Shown: positions 46,884-56,994 of the stretch, piece after piece
Position numbering within the stretch: the first letter of the stretch is position 1
Layout: the number at the start of each line of letters is the position of its first letter
Origin: a virus
Taxonomy: Duplodnaviria; Caudoviricetes
Reading direction: 5' to 3' (one strand)
Virus record (IMG/VR): IMGVR_UViG_2929042913_000010
Coordinates: 2,344 to 66,343 of that record
Length of the DNA stretch: 64,000 nucleotides
Notes under the pieces: generated by a model
What the model was told of the DNA's origin: nothing
Seen by the model: only the letters and a program-made list of their open reading frames with translations
Databases searched by the model: none
Program-made: the position numbers and the translations under genes

Positions 46884-48671
46884 ATGGCTAAATACACGGA
46901 TACAAAAATACAGGTCGCTAAATCGTTATATTTGCGACGCTATACTCCAGCGGAAATCGCGGAGGAATTAAGCCTGCCCAACAGACGGATCGTTTACTAC
47001 TGGGCGGAAAAATGGAATTGGGCTGATATGCTCAGTCATGAAAGTGTGATTGAAGCAATTAACCGTCGTATCGCTTTATTGAGCGAGCGAAATAAAAAAA
47101 CAGAACTTGAATTAGATGAATTAGACCGATTAATTGCTAGCCACGTTAAATTAATGGCGCAAGCGAATAAGCACGCGGAAAAAATGGCGTCTTTAAAAAC
47201 GCAATTATCGGATATGGAAGGCCGCGGCGATTATGTTTCAGATGATAACGGCGAGCCAAAGAAAAAGAAAAAATACCGTAAAAATGATATTTCCAGTATC
47301 ACCGCCGAAGACTTTCAAAAATTTGCTGACGAAATGTTATTTGGTTATCAAAAACATTTACGGGCAAATATCACCAAGTCTGTGAGAAATATTCTAAAAA
47401 GCCGCCAAATCGGTGCGACATGGTATTTTGCTTTTGAAGCATTTGAAGACGCGGTACTAACAGGCAAACCACAATTATTCCTTTCGGCATCTAAGCCACA
47501 GGCCGAAGTTTTCCGATCATACATTGTCAACATTGCAGAGAAATTTTTCGGGATCACATTAACAGGCAATCCAATCCGTTTAAGTAATGGCGCTGAGTTA
47601 CGTTTTTTATCCACCAATAAAAACACAGCTCAATCATATTCAGGTCATTTATATTGTGACGAATATTTCTGGGTACCGGACTTCAAGAGATTTAATGAAG
47701 TTTCATCAGCGATGGCAACACATGACCATTGGAGAACTACCTATTTTTCAACGCCTAGTACCAAAGTTCATCCCGCGTATCCTTTCTGGACGGGTGACGA
47801 ATGGCGAGGAAATGACCCCAAACGTAAGAAGGTGATTTTTCCAGAGTTTAATGAGCTAAGAGATGGCGGGCGAGATTGTCCAGACGGGCAGTGGCGTTAT
47901 GTTATCACTCTTGAAGACGCCATAAAAGGTGGGTTTAACTTAGCGAGCATAGATAGGCTTAGAAACAAATATAACCCAGATTCATTTAACATGTTGTTTA
48001 TGTGCGTGTTTATTGATAGTGGCGCATCTGTGTTTAAGTATGACGCGTTACATAAATGCGGTGTTGATGTGAATTTATGGGAAGACCATAAACCTGATGA
48101 CGCGCGCCCATTTGGTAACCGTGAAGTATGGGGAGGTTATGACCCTGCACGTTCTGGTGACACATCAACGTTTGTGATTGTTGCACCGCCAATGATGGTA
48201 CCGGAAGTATTTAGAGTATTGGCGACGTTTTACTGGCAGGGCTTTAGCTGGCGACATCAGGCCAAGTTGATTGAAGACCTAACAAAAAAATACCGCTTTA
48301 CCCATATTGGTATAGATACAACGGGTATAGGTCAGTCAGTTTATGAAATGGTGCAAGATTTCGCACCACGGATCACACAGCCCATTCTTTATAGTCTGCA
48401 AATGAAAACCCAGCTTGTCATGAAAATGATAGATATCGTTGATGAGCAACGTATTGAGTGGGATATAGATCAGAAAGAAATCCCCGCATCGTTTTTATGT
48501 ATTCGACATACAACTACAGCAAAAGGTGGGGCGATGACATTTGTCGCAGATAGAACACAAGAAACAGGCCATGCCGATGTTTTCTGGGCAACTGCGCATG
48601 CTGTGATTAAAGAACCACTTAATACGGACAAAAAACGTAAATCAAGATATCAATTTTCTAAGGCCGCATAA
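46884..48671 (+). CDS. Terminase large subunit (gpP)
   Basis: Same ATPase/nuclease motifs as 15408..17186; start set at MAKYT by homology. Confidence 0.95.
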   Translation: MAKYTDTKIQVAKSLYLRRYTPAEIAEELSLPNRRIVYYWAEKWNWADMLSHESVIEAINRRIALLSERNKKTELELDELDRLIASHVKLMAQANKHAEKMASLKTQLSDMEGRGDYVSDDNGEPKKKKKYRKNDISSITAEDFQKFADEMLFGYQKHLRANITKSVRNILKSRQIGATWYFAFEAFEDAVLTGKPQLFLSASKPQAEVFRSYIVNIAEKFFGITLTGNPIRLSNGAELRFLSTNKNTAQSYSGHLYCDEYFWVPDFKRFNEVSSAMATHDHWRTTYFSTPSTKVHPAYPFWTGDEWRGNDPKRKKVIFPEFNELRDGGRDCPDGQWRYVITLEDAIKGGFNLASIDRLRNKYNPDSFNMLFMCVFIDSGASVFKYDALHKCGVDVNLWEDHKPDDARPFGNREVWGGYDPARSGDTSTFVIVAPPMMVPEVFRVLATFYWQGFSWRHQAKLIEDLTKKYRFTHIGIDTTGIGQSVYEMVQDFAPRITQPILYSLQMKTQLVMKMIDIVDEQRIEWDIDQKEIPASFLCIRHTTTAKGGAMTFVADRTQETGHADVFWATAHAVIKEPLNTDKKRKSRYQFSKAA

Positions 48672-49418
48672 TGAAAAAGAAACGGAATTCAAATAATCAA
48701 ATGGTGCAATCAAAAAAAGCACCATCAAAAGGGTTTAGTATCACACTAGGTAAGCCCACGCCCATATTAACGACGCATACTGACTATAAAAATATCTGGT
48801 ATGACAACGAGTTTGATCACTGGACGCCGCCGATAGACCGTGAAGCACTCGCCCAACTCGTTAATTTAAATGGGCAACATGGCGGCGTTCTCTACGCCCG
48901 TCATAATATGGTGACGAGTGATTATATCGGCGGTGGCCTAACGCATGAGCAATTAAAAGCGGCTGTCTTTAATTATTTTTTGTTCGGTGATGTAGCTATT
49001 TTAAAAATGCGCAATGGCTGGGGTGAAATTATCGGATTGGAAATTTTACCCTCACTTTATTTACGTAGGCGTAAAGATGGTGATTTTGTCATTTTACAAG
49101 AGGGTGAACCGCTGGTTTATACGCCTGACGAAATTATTTACATCAAAATGTATGACCCACAACAGCAAGTCTACGGTTTACCGGATTATATTGGCGGTAT
49201 TCATGCGGCTTTACTAAATAGTGAGGCCACTATTTTTCGTCGTCGTTATTACCATAATGGTGCACACACTGGCGGGATGATTTACTGTAATGACCCGAAT
49301 ATGACCGACGAAGTAGAAGAAGAAATTATTCAAAAGCTCAGCCAAAGTAGGGGAATCGGCAATTTTGAAACGATGTTTGTCAGTGTGCCAAATGGTGACC
49401 CTGTTCTGCGCAACTAAA

Positions 49419-50243
49419 TCAGGACACTTTTCTTAAGGAATTTTGTTCATACTCAATTGGGGACAGATCACCGTTGGCAGTATGAAACCTTTCTAGGTTG
49501 TAATAGCGCATATACGCGATAACATCTTCTTTCATCTGTTTCCGAGTCGGCTGAGGGATTTTCAGTACCCAATCGTGTTTTAAACTGCCAAAAAATCGTT
49601 CTACAACGGCGTTATCCCAACAGGCTCCAACATCACCCATGCTTGCCCTAATACCATAGCTTGTTAGCAAGCGGCGATATCGCTTACTCGTATATTGAGA
49701 GCCTCTATCACTATGAAAGACTAAGCCTTTTTCGGGCTGGCGTAAGTTATACGCTTTCATCAAGGCTTTACTGACTAAATCTGCCGTCATTCGTTTATCG
49801 ATATGCCAACCCACAATACGGCGTGAGTATAAGTCCATCACGATGGCTAAATACATCCAGCCTTCCCCTGTTTTTAAATAGGTCACATCACCCGCCCACA
49901 CTTCGTTAGGTGCGTGAGGATTAAAATTTTGATTGAGCAAATTATCGGCTACGGCATCACTGTGTTTGCGTTTTGTGGTGACTTTGTAAGCAACGCGCTG
50001 AGTGACGACTAGGCCAAGCTGAGCCATTAGCTTTTGAACGCCATAAGCACTCACGCTAAAGCCCTCTTTGCATAACCGTTTACGTAACGTTCTATAACCT
50101 AAGCTATTTCGACTCTGTTCAAAGATAGCTTTGGCTCTGCGGTACAGGCTAAGTTGTTCTGCGGTGATCAATTTTGCTGGGCGTTTAAGCCAAGCATAGT
50201 AGGCAGAACGACTTATTTTCATTAACTTGCAGAGCTTCAGCAC
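49419..50243 (-). CDS. IS3 transposase OrfB (DDE)
   Basis: WAGDVTY, FHSDRGSQY and DNAVVERFF motifs. Confidence 0.93.
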   Translation of the reverse strand: MLKLCKLMKISRSAYYAWLKRPAKLITAEQLSLYRRAKAIFEQSRNSLGYRTLRKRLCKEGFSVSAYGVQKLMAQLGLVVTQRVAYKVTTKRKHSDAVADNLLNQNFNPHAPNEVWAGDVTYLKTGEGWMYLAIVMDLYSRRIVGWHIDKRMTADLVSKALMKAYNLRQPEKGLVFHSDRGSQYTSKRYRRLLTSYGIRASMGDVGACWDNAVVERFFGSLKHDWVLKIPQPTRKQMKEDVIAYMRYYNLERFHTANGDLSPIEYEQNSLRKVS

Positions 50244-50281
50244 GGGAAACTGTGAAGATAATTGCTTAATCGTTTTAAACG

Positions 50282-50569
50282 CTACTTGGTTTCCTTTAGC
50301 AGGAGGGCGCTGGCTTTTTTTAGGATCTCTTTCTCCATCCTAAGTTCTTTATTTTCTTTTCGAAGCCTTAATAGCTCAGCTCTCTCATCGGCATTCAAGC
50401 TGCTACCGGATTGTTCAGCATCGAATTTTGCTTTCCAGTTATAAAGTAATTTATCGGTGATCCCTAATGAAGCTGCCGCTTTTGGGACGCTATAACCTTG
50501 TTCGGTGACTAATGCGACCGCTTCTTGCTTAAACTCAGTAGTGTAAAACCTGTTTGTTCGTTTTTTCAT
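50282..50569 (-). CDS. IS3 transposase OrfA
   Basis: HTH plus leucine zipper; A7G -1 slippery site leading into the OrfB frame. Confidence 0.92.
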   Translation of the reverse strand: MKKRTNRFYTTEFKQEAVALVTEQGYSVPKAAASLGITDKLLYNWKAKFDAEQSGSSLNADERAELLRLRKENKELRMEKEILKKASALLLKETK

Positions 50570-50936
50570 TTAACACCTCAATAATTGGATTATATTCCAT
50601 TATTAAAGTGTCCTGTTTGATTAAAGCAGATCACCCTGACGGTATTAAATTTATTCCAGTTGGTGATATTTCCGCTAATGATGAATTTAGCAATGTCAAA
50701 AGTATTAGTGCGCAAGATGTGCTTAATGCTCATCGTTTCCCCGCTGGCCTTGCTGGCATTATCCCCGGCTTAGGTTCTGGCGGCTTAGGCGACCCATTAA
50801 AAGCAAGGGAAGCGTACCGACAAGATGAGGTTATTCCTGTGCAAAATCTTTTTATGAATGCCATTAATGCCGAAATAGGTAGGAATGAAGCATTAAAACT
50901 GAACTTTCGTCAAAATATCAGCACAGGAAATGAATA

Positions 50937-51254
50937 ATGTTTAAAAATAGGGTAAAATTAAAGCGTTATCAACAATCGGAGCGCTGGAACATGCAAGTGT
51001 TAAAAATATTCTGCCCAATTTGCGGCCAACGCGCGACAATTCGCAAATCAAACAGAAAACATCGTGAAATTTCAGATCTTTATTGTGCATGTAATGATGT
51101 TGAATGCGGTCATACTTACGTTTTAAATCTGACGTTCAGTCATACAATAAGCCCAAGCGCACATTCAGATGATTTAATTCAATCTATGATTGAGAACTTT
51201 AACCCTCAACAGCGCCAATTGGCTTTAGGGCTATTAAAATCCGGTACCATGTGA
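50937..51254 (+). CDS. ogr: Ogr/Delta-like late activator (likely start 50991)
   Basis: CPICG...YCACNDVECGHTY. Confidence 0.88.
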   Translation: MFKNRVKLKRYQQSERWNMQVLKIFCPICGQRATIRKSNRKHREISDLYCACNDVECGHTYVLNLTFSHTISPSAHSDDLIQSMIENFNPQQRQLALGLLKSGTM

Positions 51255-51476
51255 TTTTTTCATATCGATAGGGCTGCTTTCTAGTAGCCTAATTTTTTTA
51301 TTATTTTTATTTGATATTTCTTCTCTCGCATCATCTGCAATGTCTGTAATCAGTGTTAGCACAACTTGGCGCTCGTAATCATTACAAACTTCTAAACTAC
51401 CCAATTTAGCAATAACGCTAATACGTTCAAACGCAACGGACTCATATAAAAAATCACTCATATTCAAATATCTCAT
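51234..51476 (-). CDS. tum: Tum-like antirepressor
   Basis: Homolog of 19488..19688 with an upstream LexA box. Confidence 0.75.
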   Translation of the reverse strand: MRYLNMSDFLYESVAFERISVIAKLGSLEVCNDYERQVVLTLITDIADDAREEISNKNNKKIRLLESSPIDMKKSHGTGF

Positions 51477-51481
51477 CTGTA

Positions 51482-51501
51482 TACTGTGGATATATACAGT
51501 A
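51482..51501. promoter_or_regulatory. LexA (SOS) box
   Basis: TACTGTGGATATATACAGTA. Confidence 0.9.
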
Positions 51502-51560
51502 TATATAAATATTGCTTTTTGGAAACCCTATAAAGGAAAATAATAAAAAAATATTTATAA

Positions 51561-51965
51561 TTATAGGGTTACATAATCTTTTTGTGATTTACCGCTTTTG
51601 TGACATGTCACGTTCATTTTTATTCTTGCAAGACTTAAAGAAAACTCATTGTGTCCTTTTGTTAGCCAGCACTCAGAATCACCAGCGAGGCAACATTCAG
51701 TCACTGGCAAATTATCACCACATTTTTTGTAGCTAGATTTTGATAACTCTTCAAGCTGTTTATTCAGTCGCTCAGCGTCTTGGCGTATCAGTAACTGAAT
51801 ATACTCGCCAACTTCGTAGGGGTTTTTCCCTGGTCTACGTAATGCACAATTTTTCTTCAACATTTCCAACTCTTGAGCATCAACAATTAGCTCAAATTTA
51901 GTTTCTCTACTCTCTTTTTGTCGTTTACGTTGAGCTGCTTTGCGTTCTGCTGCTGTCATTGCCAT
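51561..51965 (-). CDS. Basic, Cys-cluster phage protein
   Basis: Homolog of 19835..20209 (first Cys changed to Tyr); contains GTGACATGTCAC at 51600-51611. Confidence 0.75.
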   Translation of the reverse strand: MAMTAAERKAAQRKRQKESRETKFELIVDAQELEMLKKNCALRRPGKNPYEVGEYIQLLIRQDAERLNKQLEELSKSSYKKCGDNLPVTECCLAGDSECWLTKGHNEFSLSLARIKMNVTCHKSGKSQKDYVTL

Positions 51966-54093
51966 TTTCTTTAATCCTCTGCTGAATACGGACCATTGAT
52001 TGACTCAATCTATCTCGTACTTTTTGCCTTTTATCAGATTTACTGACGATTGTTTGAATGTGGCCATTCTCGTAAAACTTCACGCTTTGACCGTTCTCTG
52101 TATAAATTGCCCCTTTTGCAACTGAATAGATCATGAAAGGGTCTTTTTCGGGGTCTAAAGTGATGCCAATTTCTTTGGCTTTTCTAACAATATCGGGAAT
52201 AACCGTTTCTTTGTCTTTAATCGTCCTCCGTACCTGCGTACAGTTATTGACAGAACTCCAAGGGGCGCTAATCGCGCCATCAAAAGCAACCTCCGCTATC
52301 GCGTCGGCTAACTTCGGTACTATCTGCCAGTTCTTTATACGGGTAATTAGAGGGGAGTCATCACCAACTAAGGTGCAATAAACACCCTTGATACAATCGA
52401 CGGGTTCACCATAAGCGTTGGTTTTTTCTTCGCGCTCATACCATAGACGAGCGATAAGGTCAGCACGGCGCACGAACGCGCCACCTTGTAACTTGGTGTA
52501 CTCACTCCAATTGCTTGTGTCGGCTGCTTTCTGGACTTCGGCAAAGTCGAGGTCTAACCCAGTGGATGATTCAGTATCATCACCCATACGGCGCAATTCA
52601 CGCCACACAGTGACAGGAGCCCCGCCGATTTGTTGAAATTGCCTAATTTTATGATGTGATGCCCAAGCCGAAACCGAACGCGCCATTTCTTTGGCTTTTT
52701 TTCCGGTTTCCTCGTCAACTTCATCGTCCATCGCAAATCCATCAATATTTTTACTGATGTATTTAGCGATATAACCTGTCGCACTACCTTTTTCTTTATC
52801 AATAGACTCAACATGAAAACGGGCTTTAAGGGCTTTTTGTGACTGCAGTTCTTCTGAGTCTTCTAATCGGGCGTAATAACAAAAAATATCTCTCAATTCT
52901 TCAACATGTTCAGGACGAACAAATAACAACATATGCCAATGAGGTGTACCGTCGTGATGCGGCTCAGCAACCCGAAAACCGAAAACACGAATACCAGCAC
53001 GTGCATAAGCTGCCCTGATTCTTTGCCAAACACTACAGAGATATTTTTGTGTTGCGCGAGGGTCGTTACCCATCCAGTTAGAAACAAAACCACCCGCTTG
53101 ATAGGCTGAATGATATTTTGATGGAGCGGTAATAGTATAAAATTCGCCAACACATCCCATTTCATCAGCTAAATCCTCAAAGCCTCGCATTCTCGCCATA
53201 AGCTCACAACGACGAACGGCAGGGTTACCGACACTGCCTAAAACCATTTTTGTTAATTCAGTTCGGTTGCCGTCTTCGTCTTGCAATTCAAAGTCTTTAA
53301 GAAACTGCCAATTAGAACGTTTTTGCTCTACCCAGCGGTGCAATGTAGTTTTTGAAACATAAGGGGATGCGGACCTTTGCACTTGACCGATGGCAATCGC
53401 GAGGTGCTCACGCTTAACATCGCTCATACGCTTTAATCTGCGATACCACCAAGCAACATCAAACATGCGCAGCAAAGCCGCACACAATTGGTCATCAGTC
53501 GGCTTTTTCCGACCGTTAATGAATTGCTGCCAATAGGGTGGCTGAGTGCCAGACTGTAATGTTAATTTAGCAAGAAATGCATAAGTTTTATCAAGACGCT
53601 GACGGGCTTCATGTTCATCTCTTGGATCATGATTAACATATTGTTCAGTTGCAGCCTGATAGTTGTCACTCATAAAACAGGTGATTTCATTAGCAAGTGT
53701 TTTGATAACCGCTCTATCTAATTGGGCGATATTTTCGAGTTGTTCAATAAAGGGGAATGGCCTATCGCCAGATACACGATGTTTAAATTCATACTGTTTC
53801 ATGACTCTTTCGAATCGTGGCAATACATTCTTAGCAGTTTTGCGTAAAAACTCATTGGCACGACGACGACCAGATTTTTTAAATATCTTGGCGTATTTAG
53901 TGGCAAAATAAATCGCGAGGAAATCGGGAACATGCGCAAATATTTCATGACGCCACTGCGCATCATCTTTATTGGCATCCCACATAATGCGTTCAGCCAG
54001 AGTCGCTGATTTTGGCAACTCTGGCTTATTGGCTTCTTGGTTGCGACGTATTGAAATATATACGTCGCTATTGTGTTCTTGAGTATCAAACAT
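51925..54093 (-). CDS. Rolling-circle replication endonuclease (gpA)
   Basis: EPHHDGTPHWH and GYIAKYISKNIDG motifs. Confidence 0.95.
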   Translation of the reverse strand: MFDTQEHNSDVYISIRRNQEANKPELPKSATLAERIMWDANKDDAQWRHEIFAHVPDFLAIYFATKYAKIFKKSGRRRANEFLRKTAKNVLPRFERVMKQYEFKHRVSGDRPFPFIEQLENIAQLDRAVIKTLANEITCFMSDNYQAATEQYVNHDPRDEHEARQRLDKTYAFLAKLTLQSGTQPPYWQQFINGRKKPTDDQLCAALLRMFDVAWWYRRLKRMSDVKREHLAIAIGQVQRSASPYVSKTTLHRWVEQKRSNWQFLKDFELQDEDGNRTELTKMVLGSVGNPAVRRCELMARMRGFEDLADEMGCVGEFYTITAPSKYHSAYQAGGFVSNWMGNDPRATQKYLCSVWQRIRAAYARAGIRVFGFRVAEPHHDGTPHWHMLLFVRPEHVEELRDIFCYYARLEDSEELQSQKALKARFHVESIDKEKGSATGYIAKYISKNIDGFAMDDEVDEETGKKAKEMARSVSAWASHHKIRQFQQIGGAPVTVWRELRRMGDDTESSTGLDLDFAEVQKAADTSNWSEYTKLQGGAFVRRADLIARLWYEREEKTNAYGEPVDCIKGVYCTLVGDDSPLITRIKNWQIVPKLADAIAEVAFDGAISAPWSSVNNCTQVRRTIKDKETVIPDIVRKAKEIGITLDPEKDPFMIYSVAKGAIYTENGQSVKFYENGHIQTIVSKSDKRQKVRDRLSQSMVRIQQRIKENGNDSSRTQSSST
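52237..52268 (-). other. P2/186-type replication origin
   Basis: Identical to 20481..20512. Confidence 0.75.
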
Positions 54094-54337
54094 AATTCAA
54101 TTCTTGTTTTTGATTCTCAATATGTTCAATCTCACTTTCAATTAACTGACTGATAGCCGCATAATCTGGTTTTTCTTGCAGTACATACATTTGAAGCTTA
54201 CGCAGGCGTGACGCATAACGGTCATTACACACTTGGCGTTCATCGGTACGATTCCAATTAATGTAACCATCAATTAAAATCGCATCATTTGAAGTGGCAT
54301 CTAATACAGGTGTGAATGTTGGTTCTGGTATATTCAT
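54086..54337 (-). CDS. DUF2732-like early protein
   Basis: Homolog of 22531..22773. Confidence 0.65.
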   Translation of the reverse strand: MNIPEPTFTPVLDATSNDAILIDGYINWNRTDERQVCNDRYASRLRKLQMYVLQEKPDYAAISQLIESEIEHIENQKQELNYV

Positions 54338-54407
54338 TTATTTAATTCCTAAATTTAGAGTATGAAAATCCCTGACGCGTTAACGTCATTTAATTTATTT
54401 GGTTAAT

Positions 54408-54758
54408 TTAATTAAGTGGTAATGTCAGGTTCTTTGGTAATAATGCACTTGCGGCCTTAATATAGTTAATAGATTTAACCATATTAAATATCTCTTTTGA
54501 TGTTAAATCTTCAAACTGGCAATCATGACGTTCTTTATCAATTCCTGACATGTAAAATATAACACCTAATAACTTCTTATTATTTTCGTAGTCATCATTA
54601 AAACGGTCACGCATTTCTTTCATAAATGATTTTAATTCTTGATTACTTAAACCTAATTTTTTTGATTTAACTTCAGCAACCTTATTCATGCCGTGTGCCC
54701 GTTGCTGAATGCTCATAGGCATGTAACGCTGTTCTAGTAATGCTGGATTCTGTTGCAT
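54408..54758 (-). CDS. Conserved early protein (DUF5347-like)
   Basis: Near-identical to 22844..23194. Confidence 0.7.
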   Translation of the reverse strand: MQQNPALLEQRYMPMSIQQRAHGMNKVAEVKSKKLGLSNQELKSFMKEMRDRFNDDYENNKKLLGVIFYMSGIDKERHDCQFEDLTSKEIFNMVKSINYIKAASALLPKNLTLPLN

Positions 54759-54769
54759 AGTGTCACCTT

Positions 54770-54925
54770 TTATATTCTTGCGATTAAATAAATAACTGCG
54801 AATAAAAGAACAGGAACAATATATTTTAATGAACCATCTTTTTTATTTGCGTTTTTTACTTCTACACATTTAAATGAGTTGCCAGTAACTTTATATTTGT
54901 ACTGCTGTTTATGTGCTTGAGTCAT
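54770..54925 (-). CDS. 51-aa small TM protein, not in ORF track
   Basis: Starts just after the cII stop; conserved with 23206..23361. Confidence 0.65.
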   Translation of the reverse strand: MTQAHKQQYKYKVTGNSFKCVEVKNANKKDGSLKYIVPVLLFAVIYLIARI

Positions 54926-54927
54926 AA

Positions 54928-55437
54928 TCACACCATTGATTGACTTAAATTTGCGACTGCATCAATTGCTGATACAAACGCAGGGGATGAATGTAAACGG
55001 GCTGAAATTGTCACACCGACTAATGCTAAACAACGGATCGCATTATTTACGCTCTGTTTAATTTCAGCGGAACGGGCATTATTAATATGACCACCTAAAA
55101 CCGCTTGGCTTGCTAACTTTCCAACCTCAGATGCTGCATTTAATACATAAGCAGGAAAATTACCCTCACATGCATTATTCAGCGGTACCGACGGCTGACA
55201 TTGAAGCTGTTCTAATAAACCATCAATTAAAGTCGCGTCTTCTGTTTCATCGGTCAGCTTAATTAAATCATCCCAAGTAAACTTATGAGGTTGCTCAGGG
55301 TTTAACTTGTTACGCAACATTTGCGCATTCATGCCGATGGTTTCTGCTATCTGAACAAGATCGCCTTTGTGCTTAATCGCAAAAGCACGACAGGCATTAT
55401 CAAAGTGGGCTTGTTTGGAAACCTGATAATCAAACAT
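54928..55437 (-). CDS. cII: CII regulatory protein
   Basis: Homolog of 23680..24189. Confidence 0.9.
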   Translation of the reverse strand: MFDYQVSKQAHFDNACRAFAIKHKGDLVQIAETIGMNAQMLRNKLNPEQPHKFTWDDLIKLTDETEDATLIDGLLEQLQCQPSVPLNNACEGNFPAYVLNAASEVGKLASQAVLGGHINNARSAEIKQSVNNAIRCLALVGVTISARLHSSPAFVSAIDAVANLSQSMV

Positions 55438-55466
55438 AGCTTTTATTCTCCTAAAGCGAATAATTA

Positions 55467-55691
55467 CTACGCTTGAAGCGAAACATTACACTCTGACAAT
55501 GATTCAACAGTGATAGCAGCAAGATTAATAAAAACTGTACCTTGTTTTAAATCTTTATCCTTTTTGCGAATAGGCAGGCGCCCATCAGCAATCATATTGC
55601 GTACAGAGCTTTTAGATAAACCAGTACGCTTGGAATACTCACTAACTGTGACGTATGGGTCTGGAATGGTTATTGTAATGTTTGGGCGCAT
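55467..55691 (-). CDS. apl: Apl/Cox-like repressor-excisionase
   Basis: MRPNITITIPDPYVTVSEYS..TGLSKSSVRNMIADGRLP. Confidence 0.85.
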   Translation of the reverse strand: MRPNITITIPDPYVTVSEYSKRTGLSKSSVRNMIADGRLPIRKKDKDLKQGTVFINLAAITVESLSECNVSLQA

Positions 55692-55825
55692 AAGGCAAAA
55701 TCTCCTGTTAGTGTGCTATTTGTTATTGCTTAGTGTTATTTGTTTTTTTACTACAACTTGAGGCGGGTTTATTTCGTATTTAACTACAAGTCAAATGATT
55801 TGTAGCTTTTTGCGAGACTATCGAA

Positions 55826-56419
55826 ATGGTTATGGGAAAATTTCATTTAGAAATGTTCGGTGATAGTGCTCCAGTATTGGATCGTATCATTGAAGCATAT
55901 GGTTTTAGCTCAAAGCTAATGTTGGCTCAGCATTTTGAAATGGCATCAAGCAGCTTAGCTGGTAGATATAAAAGAGATATTTTCCCAGCAGACTTAGTTG
56001 TTAGATGTGTATCAGAAACAGGTGTTAATCTCGAATGGTTAGCTACTGGGCAGGGTAAAAAGTTCGACAATGAAGAGTTGGACGTTTTACGTCTTAAAAA
56101 ATATAAAATCATTGATGGTGAAGAGTTTGACGCAGGTATCACCATGTATGACAAGGTGTTATTCAAGCAAGGCGTTCCGTTTCCTAGCGAACCAATAGTT
56201 GTTCAAGACGCCCAAAATTATTTTATTGTTGACCGTAAGTTTAGTGAAGTTTATGACGGAAAATGGCTAGTTCGAATCGACGATAAAATTAGCATTAGAG
56301 AATTAACGAGAATGCCAATGCAGCGTGTTCGCGTGTCTGGTGTTGGCATGGCGTTTGACTGTGAGTTAAAAGACATATCAATTATTGGTCGTGTAGTTAC
56401 TATCATTGACAATCAATAG
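55826..56419 (+). CDS. cI: CI repressor (186/HP1 type)
   Basis: VLDRIIEAYGF...ETGVNLEWLATG. Confidence 0.92.
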   Translation: MVMGKFHLEMFGDSAPVLDRIIEAYGFSSKLMLAQHFEMASSSLAGRYKRDIFPADLVVRCVSETGVNLEWLATGQGKKFDNEELDVLRLKKYKIIDGEEFDAGITMYDKVLFKQGVPFPSEPIVVQDAQNYFIVDRKFSEVYDGKWLVRIDDKISIRELTRMPMQRVRVSGVGMAFDCELKDISIIGRVVTIIDNQ

Positions 56420-56428
56420 AGCTAAATT

Positions 56429-56917
56429 ATGAGCCAAACATTATTATTTATTTATGTTAATTCAAGAGAAATAGTTTCTATTCAAACAATTAATAATGTG
56501 TCTGAAAATGAGACTTATATTCAAGGAATAAGCCTTAATCTCGATGAATCAGGGAAGCTTAAAACTTTTAGAAAAGATCGCATAATTGAATATGTTGATA
56601 GTTTAGAAGAGGCTCAATCATTTATTGATGGCATGATTGAATGTGGTGACTTTCAAATAAAAGAGCCTAAGCCAGAAACCTTTGATATTCATTTTACTGG
56701 TTTTAAAAAGGATGATAAATCCGAACTAGAAAAATTAGCTAGTGATGCTGGCATGGAAGTCAGAAAATCTGTAACTGTTCACTTGAAACTGCTTTGTTAT
56801 GGCTATAATGCCAGCCAAATGAAAATGGATAAAGCACGCGAAATGGGGGTCATCATTCTTAATGAACAACAGTTTCGTGAGTTCCTTAAAACAGGTGATT
56901 TTACAGACCAACGTTAA
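56429..56917 (+). CDS. WYL-like + BRCT domain protein
   Basis: N-terminal FIYVNS...YIQG...KTFRKDRI (WYL-like); C-terminal IHFTGF..L...A...G..V..SVT..L..L..G.NA...KM.KA...GV.IL.E..F (BRCT). Confidence 0.8.
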   Translation: MSQTLLFIYVNSREIVSIQTINNVSENETYIQGISLNLDESGKLKTFRKDRIIEYVDSLEEAQSFIDGMIECGDFQIKEPKPETFDIHFTGFKKDDKSELEKLASDAGMEVRKSVTVHLKLLCYGYNASQMKMDKAREMGVIILNEQQFREFLKTGDFTDQR

Positions 56918-56994
56918 GTTATGTAATTATACCAATAACTAATTAACCTTATTATTTACGTGAGTCTAGTAATATTGCATAAAGGATTATTAAA

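Larger units (their letters stand above)
49402..50633 (-). mobile_element. IS3-family insertion sequence, 1232 bp
   Basis: TG...CA ends; imperfect IRs TGATCTGCTTTAATCAAACAGGACACTTT / TGTTCTGCGCAACTAAATCAGGACACTTT; 3-bp CCC target duplication. Confidence 0.95.
48671..50937 (+). pseudogene. Portal gene interrupted by an IS3-family element
   Basis: N-part ends ...VPNGDP at 49401 and the C-part resumes PDGIKFIPVGD after 50633; rejoined sequence matches the prophage 1 portal. Confidence 0.93.

Noticed and set aside
50554-50937. Independent 127-aa gene
   Set aside because: It is IS end sequence read into the C-terminal portal fragment.
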